Shown: one piece after another, positions 37,019 through 46,934 of the stretch
Numbering within the stretch: position 1 is the first letter of the stretch
Layout of the letters: each line of letters opens with the position of its first letter
Assembly (NCBI GenBank): GCA_000993405.1
Contig: LBWB01000001.1
Coordinates: 5,229-69,228 of the forward strand
Direction of reading: 5' to 3'
Source: Candidatus Woesebacteria bacterium GW2011_GWB1_39_12
Lineage (GTDB): Bacteria; Patescibacteriota; Microgenomatia; UBA8517
Length of the DNA: 64,000 nucleotides
Notes under the pieces: generated by a model
What the model was told of the DNA's origin: nothing
Database searches by the model: none
Seen by the model: only the letters and a program-made list of their open reading frames with translations
Made by a program: the position numbers and the translations under genes

Positions 37019-38794
37019 TCAATTTATTATTTTCTCGTCGATTTCTTTTCGAATGTTTTTAATAAATTCTTCTAACTTTTGTTCGCCCTGATCTTTTCCT
37101 GATCTTACTCTAACACTTACACTTACTTTTTTCTCTTCCTTATCCCCCACAACCAGCATGTAGGAAACTTTTTCCATTTGAGCATCGCGAATTTTAGCAG
37201 GCAAAGTTGCATTTCTATCGTCTAATTCTGCTCTTATTTCTTCATTTCTTAATTTCTTTAATACCTCATTTGCATATTCAATATGCCTTTCGGCAATCGG
37301 CAAAACTTTAACCTGAACGGGTGTGAGCCAAGTTGGGAAATTTCCATTATACTTTTCGATTAAGAAGGCTAAAACTCTCTCTATACAACCAATTGAAGAA
37401 CGGTGTATCACAATAGGTTGTTCTTCTTTACCCTTTTCGTTTATATATGTTAGGTTAAACCGTTTTGGCATCACAAAGTCATATTGAACAGTAAAAGCAG
37501 TTTCTTCCTTTCCAGACACTCTTTTCATTTGTATGTCGATCTTTGGTCCATAAAATGCTGCTTCTCCTTCTACTTCAAAGTATGGTGATTTTGTTTTCTT
37601 AAGAACCGTTCGAAGTACATCTTCTGCTTCGTCCCAGGCTTTATCGTCTTTGTAGTATTTTTTATCATCTGTCCTGTCTCCAAGAGAAAGTCTGTATCTG
37701 TAATCTTTGCCCTTTTCTAAACCAAGTGTTTTGGCAATGTAGTCGATTAAGTCAAGTACTTCTTCTATAACGGAATTTGCCTGATCGACTCGTGAAATAA
37801 TGTGGGCGTCGGCTAGACAAAATAGTCTGACTCTCATCAGTCCGGAAAGCTCCCCACTTTTCTCATATCTGAATTGCGAAGCTAATTCAGCGATGCGCAT
37901 GGGAAGTTCTTTGTAACTTCTGGGTCGCGATTTATATAGCATAAAATGGTGAGGACATGTCATTGGTCGAAGGATCAATTCGTCCTCATCGACTTTCATT
38001 ACTGGATACATGGTATCTTTGTAATAGGGGTAGTGACCTGAGGTTCGGTATAAGTCCGTTTTTGCAAGATGGGGTGTAATAACGTGCTTATATCCCCTTC
38101 TAATTTCTTCATCTTGAGTAAACCTCTCGAGCTCACGTCTTATTGTGGCTCCTTTTTCAGTGAATAAAGGAAGTCCTGCGCCAACCAAATCAGAGAAAAC
38201 AAAAAGATCTAAGTCCTTACCGATTTTTCTATGATCACGCTCTTTCTCTAACTTAAGGTTATTAAGATATTCGTCAAGTTCTTTTTGAGTCGGGAAAACG
38301 GTTCCGTAGATTCGGGTTAGCATTTTATTTTTTTCACTCCCCCGCCAGTAAGCTCCGGCAACAGATAATAGCTTAAAATTTTGAAGTTTCTTGTCAGGAT
38401 GTTCAATATGACCTCCTCGACAAAGATCCCAATAGTCCCCCGATTTATAGAAAGAGACTTTCTTTTTCCCCTTTTCCGAAAATTCATCAATCATTTCGTG
38501 TTTATAAGGGTTATCGGGATACTCGTTTCTGGCCTCGTTAGCATCCAATTCGTGTTTTTCGAAACTTTTCCAAGAGGGAAGAATTTCTCTCATTTTTGCT
38601 TCAATCTTGGGAAAATCCTCTTCGGTTATTTTTACATCTCCGAAGTCAAAGTCGAAATAAAATCCGTTTTCAATAGAAGGACCGATAGCCCTTTTGGTAT
38701 TAGGCCACAATTCCATTACAGCTGCAGCCAGAAGATGAGCTGTTGAGTGTCTTAGGTTTTCCAGTTTGTTAATATCTTTCTCTTTGTCTACCAT
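37019..38794 (-). CDS. thrS: threonyl-tRNA synthetase lacking the N-terminal TGS domain
   Basis: The protein starts at the editing-domain motif LRHSTAHLLAAAV..AIGPSIENGFYFDFDF and has a class II catalytic core and a C-terminal anticodon-binding domain. The length is 591 aa. Confidence 0.9.
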   Translation of the reverse strand: MVDKEKDINKLENLRHSTAHLLAAAVMELWPNTKRAIGPSIENGFYFDFDFGDVKITEEDFPKIEAKMREILPSWKSFEKHELDANEARNEYPDNPYKHEMIDEFSEKGKKKVSFYKSGDYWDLCRGGHIEHPDKKLQNFKLLSVAGAYWRGSEKNKMLTRIYGTVFPTQKELDEYLNNLKLEKERDHRKIGKDLDLFVFSDLVGAGLPLFTEKGATIRRELERFTQDEEIRRGYKHVITPHLAKTDLYRTSGHYPYYKDTMYPVMKVDEDELILRPMTCPHHFMLYKSRPRSYKELPMRIAELASQFRYEKSGELSGLMRVRLFCLADAHIISRVDQANSVIEEVLDLIDYIAKTLGLEKGKDYRYRLSLGDRTDDKKYYKDDKAWDEAEDVLRTVLKKTKSPYFEVEGEAAFYGPKIDIQMKRVSGKEETAFTVQYDFVMPKRFNLTYINEKGKEEQPIVIHRSSIGCIERVLAFLIEKYNGNFPTWLTPVQVKVLPIAERHIEYANEVLKKLRNEEIRAELDDRNATLPAKIRDAQMEKVSYMLVVGDKEEKKVSVSVRVRSGKDQGEQKLEEFIKNIRKEIDEKIIN

Positions 38795-39154
38795 CTCTTT
38801 CCTCCTCGCTACTTTTTAGTATACCTAATTTTTTCAAAATAGGTACAGTAACACCTAAGCAACTCGCTAGATTTTGTACACACACCTCTGTTCTTATCGG
38901 CTCAACAGGAAGACCGTCAAAAGTTCCAAGCTTTTCTCTATTATGTAAAGTTACATTTCGATTATTTTGATTATCTGACATATTTAAAGTTCCATAAAAT
39001 AAAAAACCTCCTGTTTAGGAGGTAGAAAAAACCACAAATACCACCTCCCAAATTAGGAAGCAGTGGTTGTGGTAAAATATTTATATAACTTCATATTTGT
39101 AATCGTATTATCTGACTACAGTTTTTATTTGTCAACACCCGTTAATTCGCGAAT

Positions 39155-39463
39155 CTATCTTGAGATTAACGGTGTTCTTTTGAGAAGTTGGATCTGGGTT
39201 TCTTCGACAATATTTGCTATCCCGCTGCCTATTAAAGGAAGACCGCCCAAAGCACGAATTATAATTACAAGAAGTGATGAAATAATTACAAATCCGATAG
39301 TTACACCGAACGCCCAGCCGACTCCTGCAAAAAAACCTTCCTTCAAAAGCTCGTTGTAAGGAATGTAAGCGATTTTCAATTTTTTCAGAGATTCCAAGGA
39401 GATTTTGGCACTGTTAGAAGCTGTGGAATTTTCTTCATGGTATTTTTTAATCCTTTTGAACAT
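39155..39463 (-). CDS. small membrane protein (102 aa)
   Basis: FFAGVGWAFGVTIGFVIISSLLVIIIRALGGLPLIGSGIANIVEET gives two TM helices. I chose it over the overlapping plus-strand ORF on compositional grounds. Confidence 0.45.
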   Translation of the reverse strand: MFKRIKKYHEENSTASNSAKISLESLKKLKIAYIPYNELLKEGFFAGVGWAFGVTIGFVIISSLLVIIIRALGGLPLIGSGIANIVEETQIQLLKRTPLISR

Positions 39464-39512
39464 AAATACATATTAGCAAATTCTGGAGTGTTTTTGTATA
39501 ATAACCTTCTAG

Positions 39513-39589
39513 GGACGGTTAGCTCAGCTGGTCAGAGCGTTCGCTTGACGTGCGAAAGGTCGAGGGTTCGAGCCCCCCACCGTCCACCA
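39513..39589 (+). tRNA. tRNA-Val (anticodon GAC), CCA encoded
   Basis: A manually folded cloverleaf with acceptor ggacggt/accgtcc, a D arm agctcagctggtcagagc, an anticodon loop ttGACgt and a T arm ggttcgagcc. Confidence 0.85.
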
Positions 39590-39609
39590 AGTCAGACTTG
39601 GTCCACTAA

Positions 39610-40656
39610 TTATCCCCTGAAGAAGTCCCTGAAAGGAAGTATTTGGATCATTATTTTTGTCAGAAAGGCGAAACTTCTTGCTAATGCTAACGGATAATTT
39701 CTGGGATAAAGATAAACCTTAAAAGGATATTCTTTAAGGCCGTACTGAGAAAATGCATCTTTTCTTAAATAAGTTAAGATTGCTTCTTCGCTTATCCTAT
39801 TGCCCAATAGTCTGTAGAGAACAGATATCGTTTTTTCCTTTCCAAAATAAACACCAACCCTCAAACTTCCTTGTTTGATTTTTTTGTATGCTTTTATAAT
39901 TCTAAAAAGCATCCTTTTGTAACCCATGCCCGAAAAATAGACCGGTAGAAGTGATACGTCGCCTCTTTTCTCCTTTTTGATATTTAATATAATTCTTGAT
40001 ATACCAAAACCCCATTTTTTAAGTTCACTGCCTCCCCCGCCGGGAAAAATCACTACTATACCCCCTTCCTCAAGAGTTTTAGCAGCACTTTTAATACTTT
40101 TGTCATTGTTTTTAATTATTTGAGAATCGGAGAGAGTTTCGGATCTGCGGAACCTTTGCGATGGGTCAAATTTGTCTACTAGGCCAAAACCGCGTTTGTT
40201 GGAGTAATTTCTTGCTGCGACGGGAAGCGAATACTTTTGTATATGTTTTCCTAAAAAGTAATACATTCTGAATAGGATTAATTTAACTTTTTTCTGATTT
40301 AATAAGGAGAACAAAATAATTGGTTCAATGAAAGCATTATGGTTAACACCGTAAATTAGTAAGCCTTTTTGGTTTTGAAAGTTTTTATTAGAGATGTCGG
40401 AGTAAACAGCTGTATTTAGTTTTAGCTTATTTATAAATTTAGTCGCTTGTTTTTTTAGACCATATTTGGGGATATTTTTCTCGAAGTTGACCAAGTCGTT
40501 TAGAAATTTATGAGCAAAAAAATGTTTCTGATCAAATTTTAATAGCGATTTTAGAAAGAAGTTTTTTTCTGAACGAGATTTAAGTTCCTTCAGTAGAACT
40601 TCTAGACCGGACTCTTTATATAAAGACGCGAAGTTTTTCTGCTGTCGTCTTTCCAT
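39610..40656 (-). CDS. putative lysophospholipid (PlsC-family) acyltransferase with an N-terminal extension
   Basis: An H-x4-E motif (VNHNAFIEP) and FPGGGGS resemble the PlsC/LPLAT acyltransferase blocks I and III. The gene lies between two tRNA genes. Confidence 0.5.
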   Translation of the reverse strand: MERRQQKNFASLYKESGLEVLLKELKSRSEKNFFLKSLLKFDQKHFFAHKFLNDLVNFEKNIPKYGLKKQATKFINKLKLNTAVYSDISNKNFQNQKGLLIYGVNHNAFIEPIILFSLLNQKKVKLILFRMYYFLGKHIQKYSLPVAARNYSNKRGFGLVDKFDPSQRFRRSETLSDSQIIKNNDKSIKSAAKTLEEGGIVVIFPGGGGSELKKWGFGISRIILNIKKEKRGDVSLLPVYFSGMGYKRMLFRIIKAYKKIKQGSLRVGVYFGKEKTISVLYRLLGNRISEEAILTYLRKDAFSQYGLKEYPFKVYLYPRNYPLALARSFAFLTKIMIQILPFRDFFRG

Positions 40657-40705
40657 TCAAACTATTTTACACGATTTTAGAGATGATGTAGAATACTATT
40701 TTGAA

Positions 40706-40776
40706 GGGCCTGTGGTATACCGGTAACACGCTTGGCTGGCAGTCAAGAGTAGAGGGTTCGATTCCCTCCAGGTCCA
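40706..40776 (+). tRNA. tRNA-Ala (anticodon GGC)
   Basis: Acceptor gggcctg/caggtcc with the G3:U70 identity pair, anticodon loop ctGGCag, T arm gagggttcgattccctc and discriminator A. No CCA is encoded. Confidence 0.8.
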
Positions 40777-40808
40777 CAGATCGCGTTGTAAACTACTCTT
40801 TGAAGCTT

Positions 40809-41321
40809 TTAGTGGCTGTTAAGGGCTGAAGTAATTTTTTCTCGTGCGCCATCAGGTGATGTTTTTGTTACCAAAGCAACTTCCTCAATAATCATATCTA
40901 TTGCTTTTTTCAGCAGATCTTTTTTGGATTTTTTAAAATCAATTCCCTTTTTTAGACTTTCTTTCCAGTATTTTCTAATTACATACGCTGTTTCTCTGAT
41001 GTTATTTAAGCTTAAGATGGCGGAGGCGTCATCGATATCTAATTCTTTATTTTTTTTTGATTTAACTGATAAGTAAAAGAAAAGTTCTCTTATTTCTTCT
41101 TTTGAGGCGGGTGTCCTGAGATTGCAGCTTAAAATGCTGCTTTCGGGAATAGAACATATGAGGGTATTATTGTAAACGTTTTTGAAATATGGTTTGTAGT
41201 GGATTATTCTTTCTTCCTTATCTTGATCTTGTAGTTTTTGTTTTAATATTTTGAATACTTCATATACAACTCCCTTTTCTATTAGTTTTGTACCGATCTC
41301 GGTTTTATTAGATATATACAT
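40809..41321 (-). CDS. hypothetical protein (170 aa)
   Basis: Complete ORF, Lys-rich, no recognisable motif. Confidence 0.4.
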   Translation of the reverse strand: MYISNKTEIGTKLIEKGVVYEVFKILKQKLQDQDKEERIIHYKPYFKNVYNNTLICSIPESSILSCNLRTPASKEEIRELFFYLSVKSKKNKELDIDDASAILSLNNIRETAYVIRKYWKESLKKGIDFKKSKKDLLKKAIDMIIEEVALVTKTSPDGAREKITSALNSH

Positions 41322-41495
41322 ACAAGTTTTTAAATAGCTGCTACAAAATGGTGAAGATTAAATAAATTTTGTAAGTAGTTATCTTCTACAACTATAACAC
41401 GTTTTCGTTGAAGTTTAAAGTCCGAGAACTTCTGGATGTTTCTGCCAGAACACCCGGGGGCCGTTACGATATCGTGTTAAGGTTGCGTCTTATTG

Positions 41496-42626
41496 TTACC
41501 GTTTCCTGTTGAAGTAATTTTCAAAAAACTCGTAATAGATCTCTACAGTCTTGAACATTTTATCTATTTCGATGTATTCGTTTGGTTCATGAGCTGTAAT
41601 TTTTTCCATAGGATAATGAGCTATTGCTGGAATTCCAGCTTGATTAAATTCTTTGGCGACGCTATTTCCCGCTAAGGTTATTGGTATTATTTTAATTCCT
41701 AAATTCCTTGCGGCGTTAATGAATGAATTGATAAGAAGTTTATTTTTAACAAGGTGAGGTTCTGTTTTATAAATAATATTAATTTTAAATTTACCAATTA
41801 CATTCTTTAGTGTTTCTTCAATTTTAGAAATTATTTCTATAGAGCTTATACCCAAGGGAAAACGTATATCCATTTGTACATAAGCGTGCGAAGGAACGGT
41901 GTTTGCTATTTCCCCAGAATGAAATATGCTGAAATTTGCCTTCGTAGGAGTAAATTTTCTATTAAATTTTCTTGACCACTTGATTTTTTTAATATTTTCA
42001 ATGGCAGCTGTTAAATTACTCAAAGCGTTTTCTTCATTTTCCACTAAGGCGGAGTGCTCTTGTTTACCAAAGCTCTCAATTTTAACTTGGACGCACCCTT
42101 TTTCACCTATATCCAGTTTTGAGAAGTAACCTCCGTCGGGTATGAGCGCCGCATCGACTTTGAATCCTTTTGAGAGTAAGTATTTGACCCCATATATATT
42201 GTCTGCTTCTTCATCTGCCAATGCAATTAAATATATTTTACCATCGAAATCTTGATAATCTTTGACAAATTTTTTTATAGCGCAATAAGAGATTGCGAAT
42301 GGTCCCTTGTCGTCTATTGCTCCTCGACCGTATATTTTTCTGTTTTTCACGGTAGCTTTAAATGGATCCGTTTTCCAACCGTTACCTGCGGGAACGGTGT
42401 CCAGATGGCAGGCTATAAGAAGTGATTTTTCCCCTTTACCAATTTCTCCCACAATGTTAGTGCGTTTTTTATTTTTATATAAAATTTTATTTCGCATCCC
42501 CACTTTCTTAAACAAATCTATTACGTAATTCCTACACTTATATTCATCTCCTTTTGGACTTATTGTCTCAAAACTTATTAACGTTTTTGTAATGGTTGTT
42601 AATTCTTTTATTAGTTTATTTTTCAT
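41496..42626 (-). CDS. M20 family metallopeptidase (ArgE/DapE/dipeptidase-like)
   Basis: The M20 metal-binding motifs CHLDTVPAGNGWKTDPF and GRGAIDDKG. Its start overlaps the stop of the upstream 657-aa gene by 4 nt. Confidence 0.8.
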   Translation of the reverse strand: MKNKLIKELTTITKTLISFETISPKGDEYKCRNYVIDLFKKVGMRNKILYKNKKRTNIVGEIGKGEKSLLIACHLDTVPAGNGWKTDPFKATVKNRKIYGRGAIDDKGPFAISYCAIKKFVKDYQDFDGKIYLIALADEEADNIYGVKYLLSKGFKVDAALIPDGGYFSKLDIGEKGCVQVKIESFGKQEHSALVENEENALSNLTAAIENIKKIKWSRKFNRKFTPTKANFSIFHSGEIANTVPSHAYVQMDIRFPLGISSIEIISKIEETLKNVIGKFKINIIYKTEPHLVKNKLLINSFINAARNLGIKIIPITLAGNSVAKEFNQAGIPAIAHYPMEKITAHEPNEYIEIDKMFKTVEIYYEFFENYFNRKR

Positions 42627-44596
42627 AAAGTGATTGGGGTGTTAAAAGGTTGTCGAATATTGAATTTCGATTCTGGATTATTTGGATCATATACTGCTCC
42701 CATTAAAACAGGAGAAGGATGATGCCTTAATGTTCCAAGCATGTAGTTGTCGGTTGTTTCAAGGTCCCAGACTACTTTATGTCCTGATTTTGCGTATTTA
42801 ATAAAAAGCATATACAAAAGGCCTTCTTCGAGGGCAGAAATTACTAATGGCTCATGAATTTTACGACCTCCTATGGCTTGTTCTTGTTTTCGTCTATAGT
42901 TTTTTTCCTGTTCTTCGTAAAACATAAGCCAGCCTTCACCAACCCCGAAATTCTCATTTAACCATTTTCTGATATTAATTTGATTTTCATCTGTTCCTAA
43001 GTGTTCTAAACAATTAGGAAAGTTTTCCGTATAAGAAGTGACAAAATATTCAACCAGACTTCCCATAAGTTTTTCAATTGATGTAATTCTAACATCAATA
43101 CCACGATTTCTTAGATGTCTATCAGATTGGGCTTCTGCATCGGTTTTTGAAGCCTGAAGTGCCTGAAATATTTTTTCTTCTTCTCCCAGGTAATATTCTT
43201 GGACGTCTACTCCAAGATCTATGAGGTCTCTGGACTTTTTCGTTTCGCCCGTATAAGTACAAATTTCCAAGGATACCGAAATACCCTGTTCAATTAATGG
43301 TTGAAAAGTATCTGCGATAGTCGTGGCTGTATTTTCAAAACGATCACCAATGGTTGGAAGCAATCTGCCAGACATGTGGCGTATGTTTCCGTTTCTTTCC
43401 CTACAGTAGTCGTAAGGTGGACAAACAGGAGTAATTATTTTTATTTCTCCTTCTCCAGTCTGTTTTGCAAGTAGATTAAGTGCCATATTAATGGAATCTC
43501 TATGAGAAGAATTCTGATCAATTTCAGAAGATAATAGGAATGTAGGTAGCGTGTGAGTTAAGAAAATCTTTGCTTTTTCCTCGTCGTAATCTTTCCACCC
43601 TTCAATTTCGTTTAGAATTCCTAAAATTGTAGTCTGACTTAAATAGCTTCTTTTTAGTTTTTCTCTTGTTATAGTAATTTCCTGCTGATAATTATTTGGT
43701 GGGTTTTGACCAGCACCATTTTTTATGTTTACTATTCTTTGTGCAAGACCGTTGTAATATTGTTTTGCATAATCTCCCAAACCTGCTCTTCCGAGATCCA
43801 CATTACACATTTTTCTCATGAGTTCTGTAACTTGCGTTTTGTTGGGTGGATCTTCCCGATTCTTTTTTTTAGTTTCCCATTGACTATCTTGAATCCGTGT
43901 TAGTGGAGTACTTGTATCTATTAGTTGTGTGAGCTTGTAAAGTAAAGCAGGATCTGTTGTTGCAATTACTTTAGTGTTTGATAGCAGATTAGCGAGTGTA
44001 TTTTCATCCGCCTCTTTTTGTTCCCATTGTCCTTCTAAAGAGAAATAACGAATTGTTACTTTTTCCCTGAATTCTATAATATAAGGTGTCTTTTCTTTTG
44101 CTTGTGGCAAGATTTCTATTTTAGAAAGTCCTGAAACATATCCAACCCCATCTTTTAATGGAAGCTTGGTTGATTCATAAGGCACCGCATCCTCCCGTTC
44201 AATTCCAAGAATTCTTGGTTCGCCGCCATATTTTTCGGAATGATCATAAATAAATGCTTCAACGAATAGATGCGGGCCTTTTAGACCAGTATAGCCTTCG
44301 CATGAACTTATAGAGTAATCCGTTCCTTCATTTGTAAACATCTCATTTTTTAGAATAAGTTTTTCTCCGTGGTCATCATGTTGTTTATCTGGAATGTCCT
44401 GAAGGACTGTGATATAGTTGTTTGGAGATCCGTCATAATCTTCTACATATGATACAATTCCCGCCTCTGCTACAAATATTCTTTTAACTCTAGATTCAGG
44501 GATTTGAACTAATTGTACCTGGTTACTTTCCCGAACATTAATTTCTCTCTCTCGAACATTAGGGTTTGTGTGTGTTTGGAGTTGATATATTGACAT
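42623..44596 (-). CDS. large hypothetical protein (657 aa) with no recognisable domain
   Basis: A long ORF with even composition that is translationally coupled (ATGA) to the M20 peptidase. It has its own upstream promoter-like TTGACA-N17-ATAAAA at about 44775-44805 and a hairpin plus U-run just before the ATG. Confidence 0.6.
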   Translation of the reverse strand: MSIYQLQTHTNPNVREREINVRESNQVQLVQIPESRVKRIFVAEAGIVSYVEDYDGSPNNYITVLQDIPDKQHDDHGEKLILKNEMFTNEGTDYSISSCEGYTGLKGPHLFVEAFIYDHSEKYGGEPRILGIEREDAVPYESTKLPLKDGVGYVSGLSKIEILPQAKEKTPYIIEFREKVTIRYFSLEGQWEQKEADENTLANLLSNTKVIATTDPALLYKLTQLIDTSTPLTRIQDSQWETKKKNREDPPNKTQVTELMRKMCNVDLGRAGLGDYAKQYYNGLAQRIVNIKNGAGQNPPNNYQQEITITREKLKRSYLSQTTILGILNEIEGWKDYDEEKAKIFLTHTLPTFLLSSEIDQNSSHRDSINMALNLLAKQTGEGEIKIITPVCPPYDYCRERNGNIRHMSGRLLPTIGDRFENTATTIADTFQPLIEQGISVSLEICTYTGETKKSRDLIDLGVDVQEYYLGEEEKIFQALQASKTDAEAQSDRHLRNRGIDVRITSIEKLMGSLVEYFVTSYTENFPNCLEHLGTDENQINIRKWLNENFGVGEGWLMFYEEQEKNYRRKQEQAIGGRKIHEPLVISALEEGLLYMLFIKYAKSGHKVVWDLETTDNYMLGTLRHHPSPVLMGAVYDPNNPESKFNIRQPFNTPITL

Positions 44597-44612
44597 ATTT
44601 TTCCAACTAAAA

Positions 44613-44640
44613 AACCTCTCGTGGTGAGAGGTTGTTCTTA
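44613..44640 (-). terminator. hairpin plus U6, 17 nt upstream of the 657-aa gene start
   Basis: The minus-strand RNA reads aaccucucaccacgagagguu (8-bp stem), then uuuuuu, then aguuggaaaaau, then AUG. Confidence 0.55.
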
Positions 44641-44867
44641 TTTTTATTTTTTTAATTCTTAATTTTTAATTTATCTTTCTTTCTCTCACCACTTAACTTA
44701 GCCCTCAATAAAGAGGACAAAGTTCATAATGAGAGAAAGGTTTCTCATGATTTAGGGTATTTTATATGATCGTTGTTTTATTTGTCAAGACTAAATATTT
44801 ATATTACGAAGTCTTTGTAAGCAGAGCTTGGCACCGCTAAAGCGTTGTAAACAAGTTTGTGCACTGC

Positions 44868-46211
44868 TTAACTTTTCGCTAAGTTTGCATAAAAATCGGT
44901 CATTACTTCTATTCCTTTGTAGTAGTTTGATAGACTGAAGTGCTCGTTTGGAGCGTGAATGTTTGATCCTGAATAGTCAAACCCGACCATAATTACGGGT
45001 ACTTTTAAAGCCTTTGCCATAATCGGAACAAATCCGATTGATCCGCCCACTCCTTTAAATACGGGTTCTTTTCCAAAATGCTTTTTTAGTGACTGTTTCA
45101 TTAAATTAAATACTTTATTGTCTGTTGGGGCTTTGTAAGGAAGGCAGTCTGCATGTCTTATAAATTTGATTTTTACCGTTTTTGGTGCGATTTTATTAAT
45201 GAAACTAACAAAATGTCCATAAATTTTATCGGAGTTTTGATTTGGAACTAATCGCATGCTGATTTTCGCTCCTGCTTTGGCCGGTATTATGGTTTTACTT
45301 CCTTCGCCAGCATAGCCTCCCCATATGCCATTGACGTCCAGAGTTGGTCGTGTCCAGAGTCTCTCGAGTAGACTGTATTTTGTTTCATCATTACTAATAC
45401 CATAGACGTCAGCTTCTTTGATGAGTATGTCTTTTGTTATATTAATTTTGTTAAAATCTTTGAGTTCTTTGGGTGAAAATGGGACGATATCGTCATAGAA
45501 ATGTGGTATGGCTACTTTTCCTGAAGATTCTTTGAGTTTTGCAATGATATTTGCCAATACGTTCGCAGGATTATCAATAGCACCTCCGTATTGTCCTGAA
45601 TGAAGATCGTGCTTTCCGCTTTCAATTTGTACTTCGGTGTATAAAAGCCCTCTTAGACTAATGTCTATTGAAGGTTGGCCTTTTTCTGGTATTTCAGTAT
45701 CTGAAACGATCATGTAATCACAATTTAGAAGATCTTTTGAATATTTTCTAACGATATCCGTGATGCTTGGAGATCCGATTTCTTCTTCGCCTTCGATTAT
45801 AAACTTGAAATTAACTTGTAGTTTTTCATTTTTTTCTAACAACTTCTTAAGCGTCATTATATGTATCATTATTTGACCTTTGTTATCGGTTGTGCCTCTT
45901 CCATAAAGTTCCTTACCCTTTACGGTAGGTTCAAAAGGTGGTGTATTCCATTCATTCAAGGGGTCAGGAGGTTGAACGTCGTAGTGGCCGTAGATTAAAA
46001 CAGTGGGTAGTGAACGGTGGACGGTGTACTGTGCGAAGACTGCGTCGTGCTTTTTGCCTTTTAATATTTTTGTCTTAAAACCCATTGATTGGAAAAGATC
46101 AACAAGGTAAAGCCTCGCTTTTTCCATATCTTTCCTATGTTCTTCTTGAGTAGAAATGCTGGGAATTTTAAGTAAGTTGATTAGTGGGCTGAGAAGTTGT
46201 TGCTTATTCAT
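44868..46211 (-). CDS. M20 family dipeptidase (PepV/M20A-like)
   Basis: HYDVQPPDPLNEWNTPPFEPTVKGKELYGRGTTDNKGQIM is the M20 signature. The start is placed at the internal Met (MNKQQLL) because the 5' part of the track ORF overlaps the upstream gene. Confidence 0.75.
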   Translation of the reverse strand: MNKQQLLSPLINLLKIPSISTQEEHRKDMEKARLYLVDLFQSMGFKTKILKGKKHDAVFAQYTVHRSLPTVLIYGHYDVQPPDPLNEWNTPPFEPTVKGKELYGRGTTDNKGQIMIHIMTLKKLLEKNEKLQVNFKFIIEGEEEIGSPSITDIVRKYSKDLLNCDYMIVSDTEIPEKGQPSIDISLRGLLYTEVQIESGKHDLHSGQYGGAIDNPANVLANIIAKLKESSGKVAIPHFYDDIVPFSPKELKDFNKINITKDILIKEADVYGISNDETKYSLLERLWTRPTLDVNGIWGGYAGEGSKTIIPAKAGAKISMRLVPNQNSDKIYGHFVSFINKIAPKTVKIKFIRHADCLPYKAPTDNKVFNLMKQSLKKHFGKEPVFKGVGGSIGFVPIMAKALKVPVIMVGFDYSGSNIHAPNEHFSLSNYYKGIEVMTDFYANLAKS

Positions 46212-46221
46212 CGAACAAAAA

Positions 46222-46869
46222 TTACCCCGCTGAGCGCTGTAGGTAGTGTTCGCCTGATAAAAGATATTTGGCGCCGTATTTTTTGTAATTTGATCCCCAG
46301 GCATTTTTCCTCGCAGCACGTCTATTGACTGAATGTAGCCAGATTGACGCCTCCTCGACTTTTTTCCTGAAGGATTTAATAAACTCCAACAATTTTTCAA
46401 AGAAAATGACGTGGTAAACTCCGGGCTCAACTGGAGCTTGAAATGCGGCAATTTCAGTTTCTTCTGCAAGGTTTTCCGTTTGTTGAGCCAAGAAAAGGAT
46501 TTCTTCACGGATTGCTGTCAGCTGCATCCTAAGTTCATTTGTCTTTTTCTCGATTTGAACGCGTTCTTCCTCGATGAGTCTTCTTTCAAAAGACATCTGC
46601 TTTTTAGTTTTTTCAACCTCTTCATATCGACCTGAAATAACTTCGCTAAATTCGATTGCCTCACCCGGAACAATTTCACCCGAAAAGTTTTTTGGACTAG
46701 GTCTGAAACCAAGAAGCTGTTCCATAAAATCTCCAGGAAGTTTTGCGGCTTCGTCACGCATTTGTTTGGCAGCATCTGATCCGATCTCTTTTAAATCGTC
46801 TTTAAAAGCTTCTAATGGATTTGGCTGCCTTGGTAATTTTTGCCCTTTACCTTTGTCGCCTTTGTTCAT
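46222..46869 (-). CDS. hypothetical coiled-coil protein (215 aa)
   Basis: Complete ORF with charged coiled-coil composition and no motif. Confidence 0.45.
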   Translation of the reverse strand: MNKGDKGKGQKLPRQPNPLEAFKDDLKEIGSDAAKQMRDEAAKLPGDFMEQLLGFRPSPKNFSGEIVPGEAIEFSEVISGRYEEVEKTKKQMSFERRLIEEERVQIEKKTNELRMQLTAIREEILFLAQQTENLAEETEIAAFQAPVEPGVYHVIFFEKLLEFIKSFRKKVEEASIWLHSVNRRAARKNAWGSNYKKYGAKYLLSGEHYLQRSAG

Positions 46870-46934
46870 AGTTAAATTTGGCCTGAATTATATCAGAAAA
46901 TGCAAGTTTTTGGTAGTTCGGGATTTGTTACAGT

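Noticed and set aside
38795-39000. Possible T-box or riboswitch leader upstream of thrS (ORF 38769..38981 overlaps)
   Set aside because: No T-box consensus (AAUUAGGGUGGNACCGCG) or specifier architecture was recognisable, and the overlapping ORF is probably spurious. This leaves it as an ordinary 5' UTR of about 200 nt.
39063-39359. Plus ORF overlapping the minus-strand 2-TM protein
   Set aside because: The minus-strand product has coherent TM helices, while the plus product is low-complexity.
44868-46508. Extended 546-aa version of the M20 dipeptidase ORF
   Set aside because: The first 99 codons overlap the upstream 215-aa gene and lack the M20 fold, so the internal Met at 46211 was used as the start.
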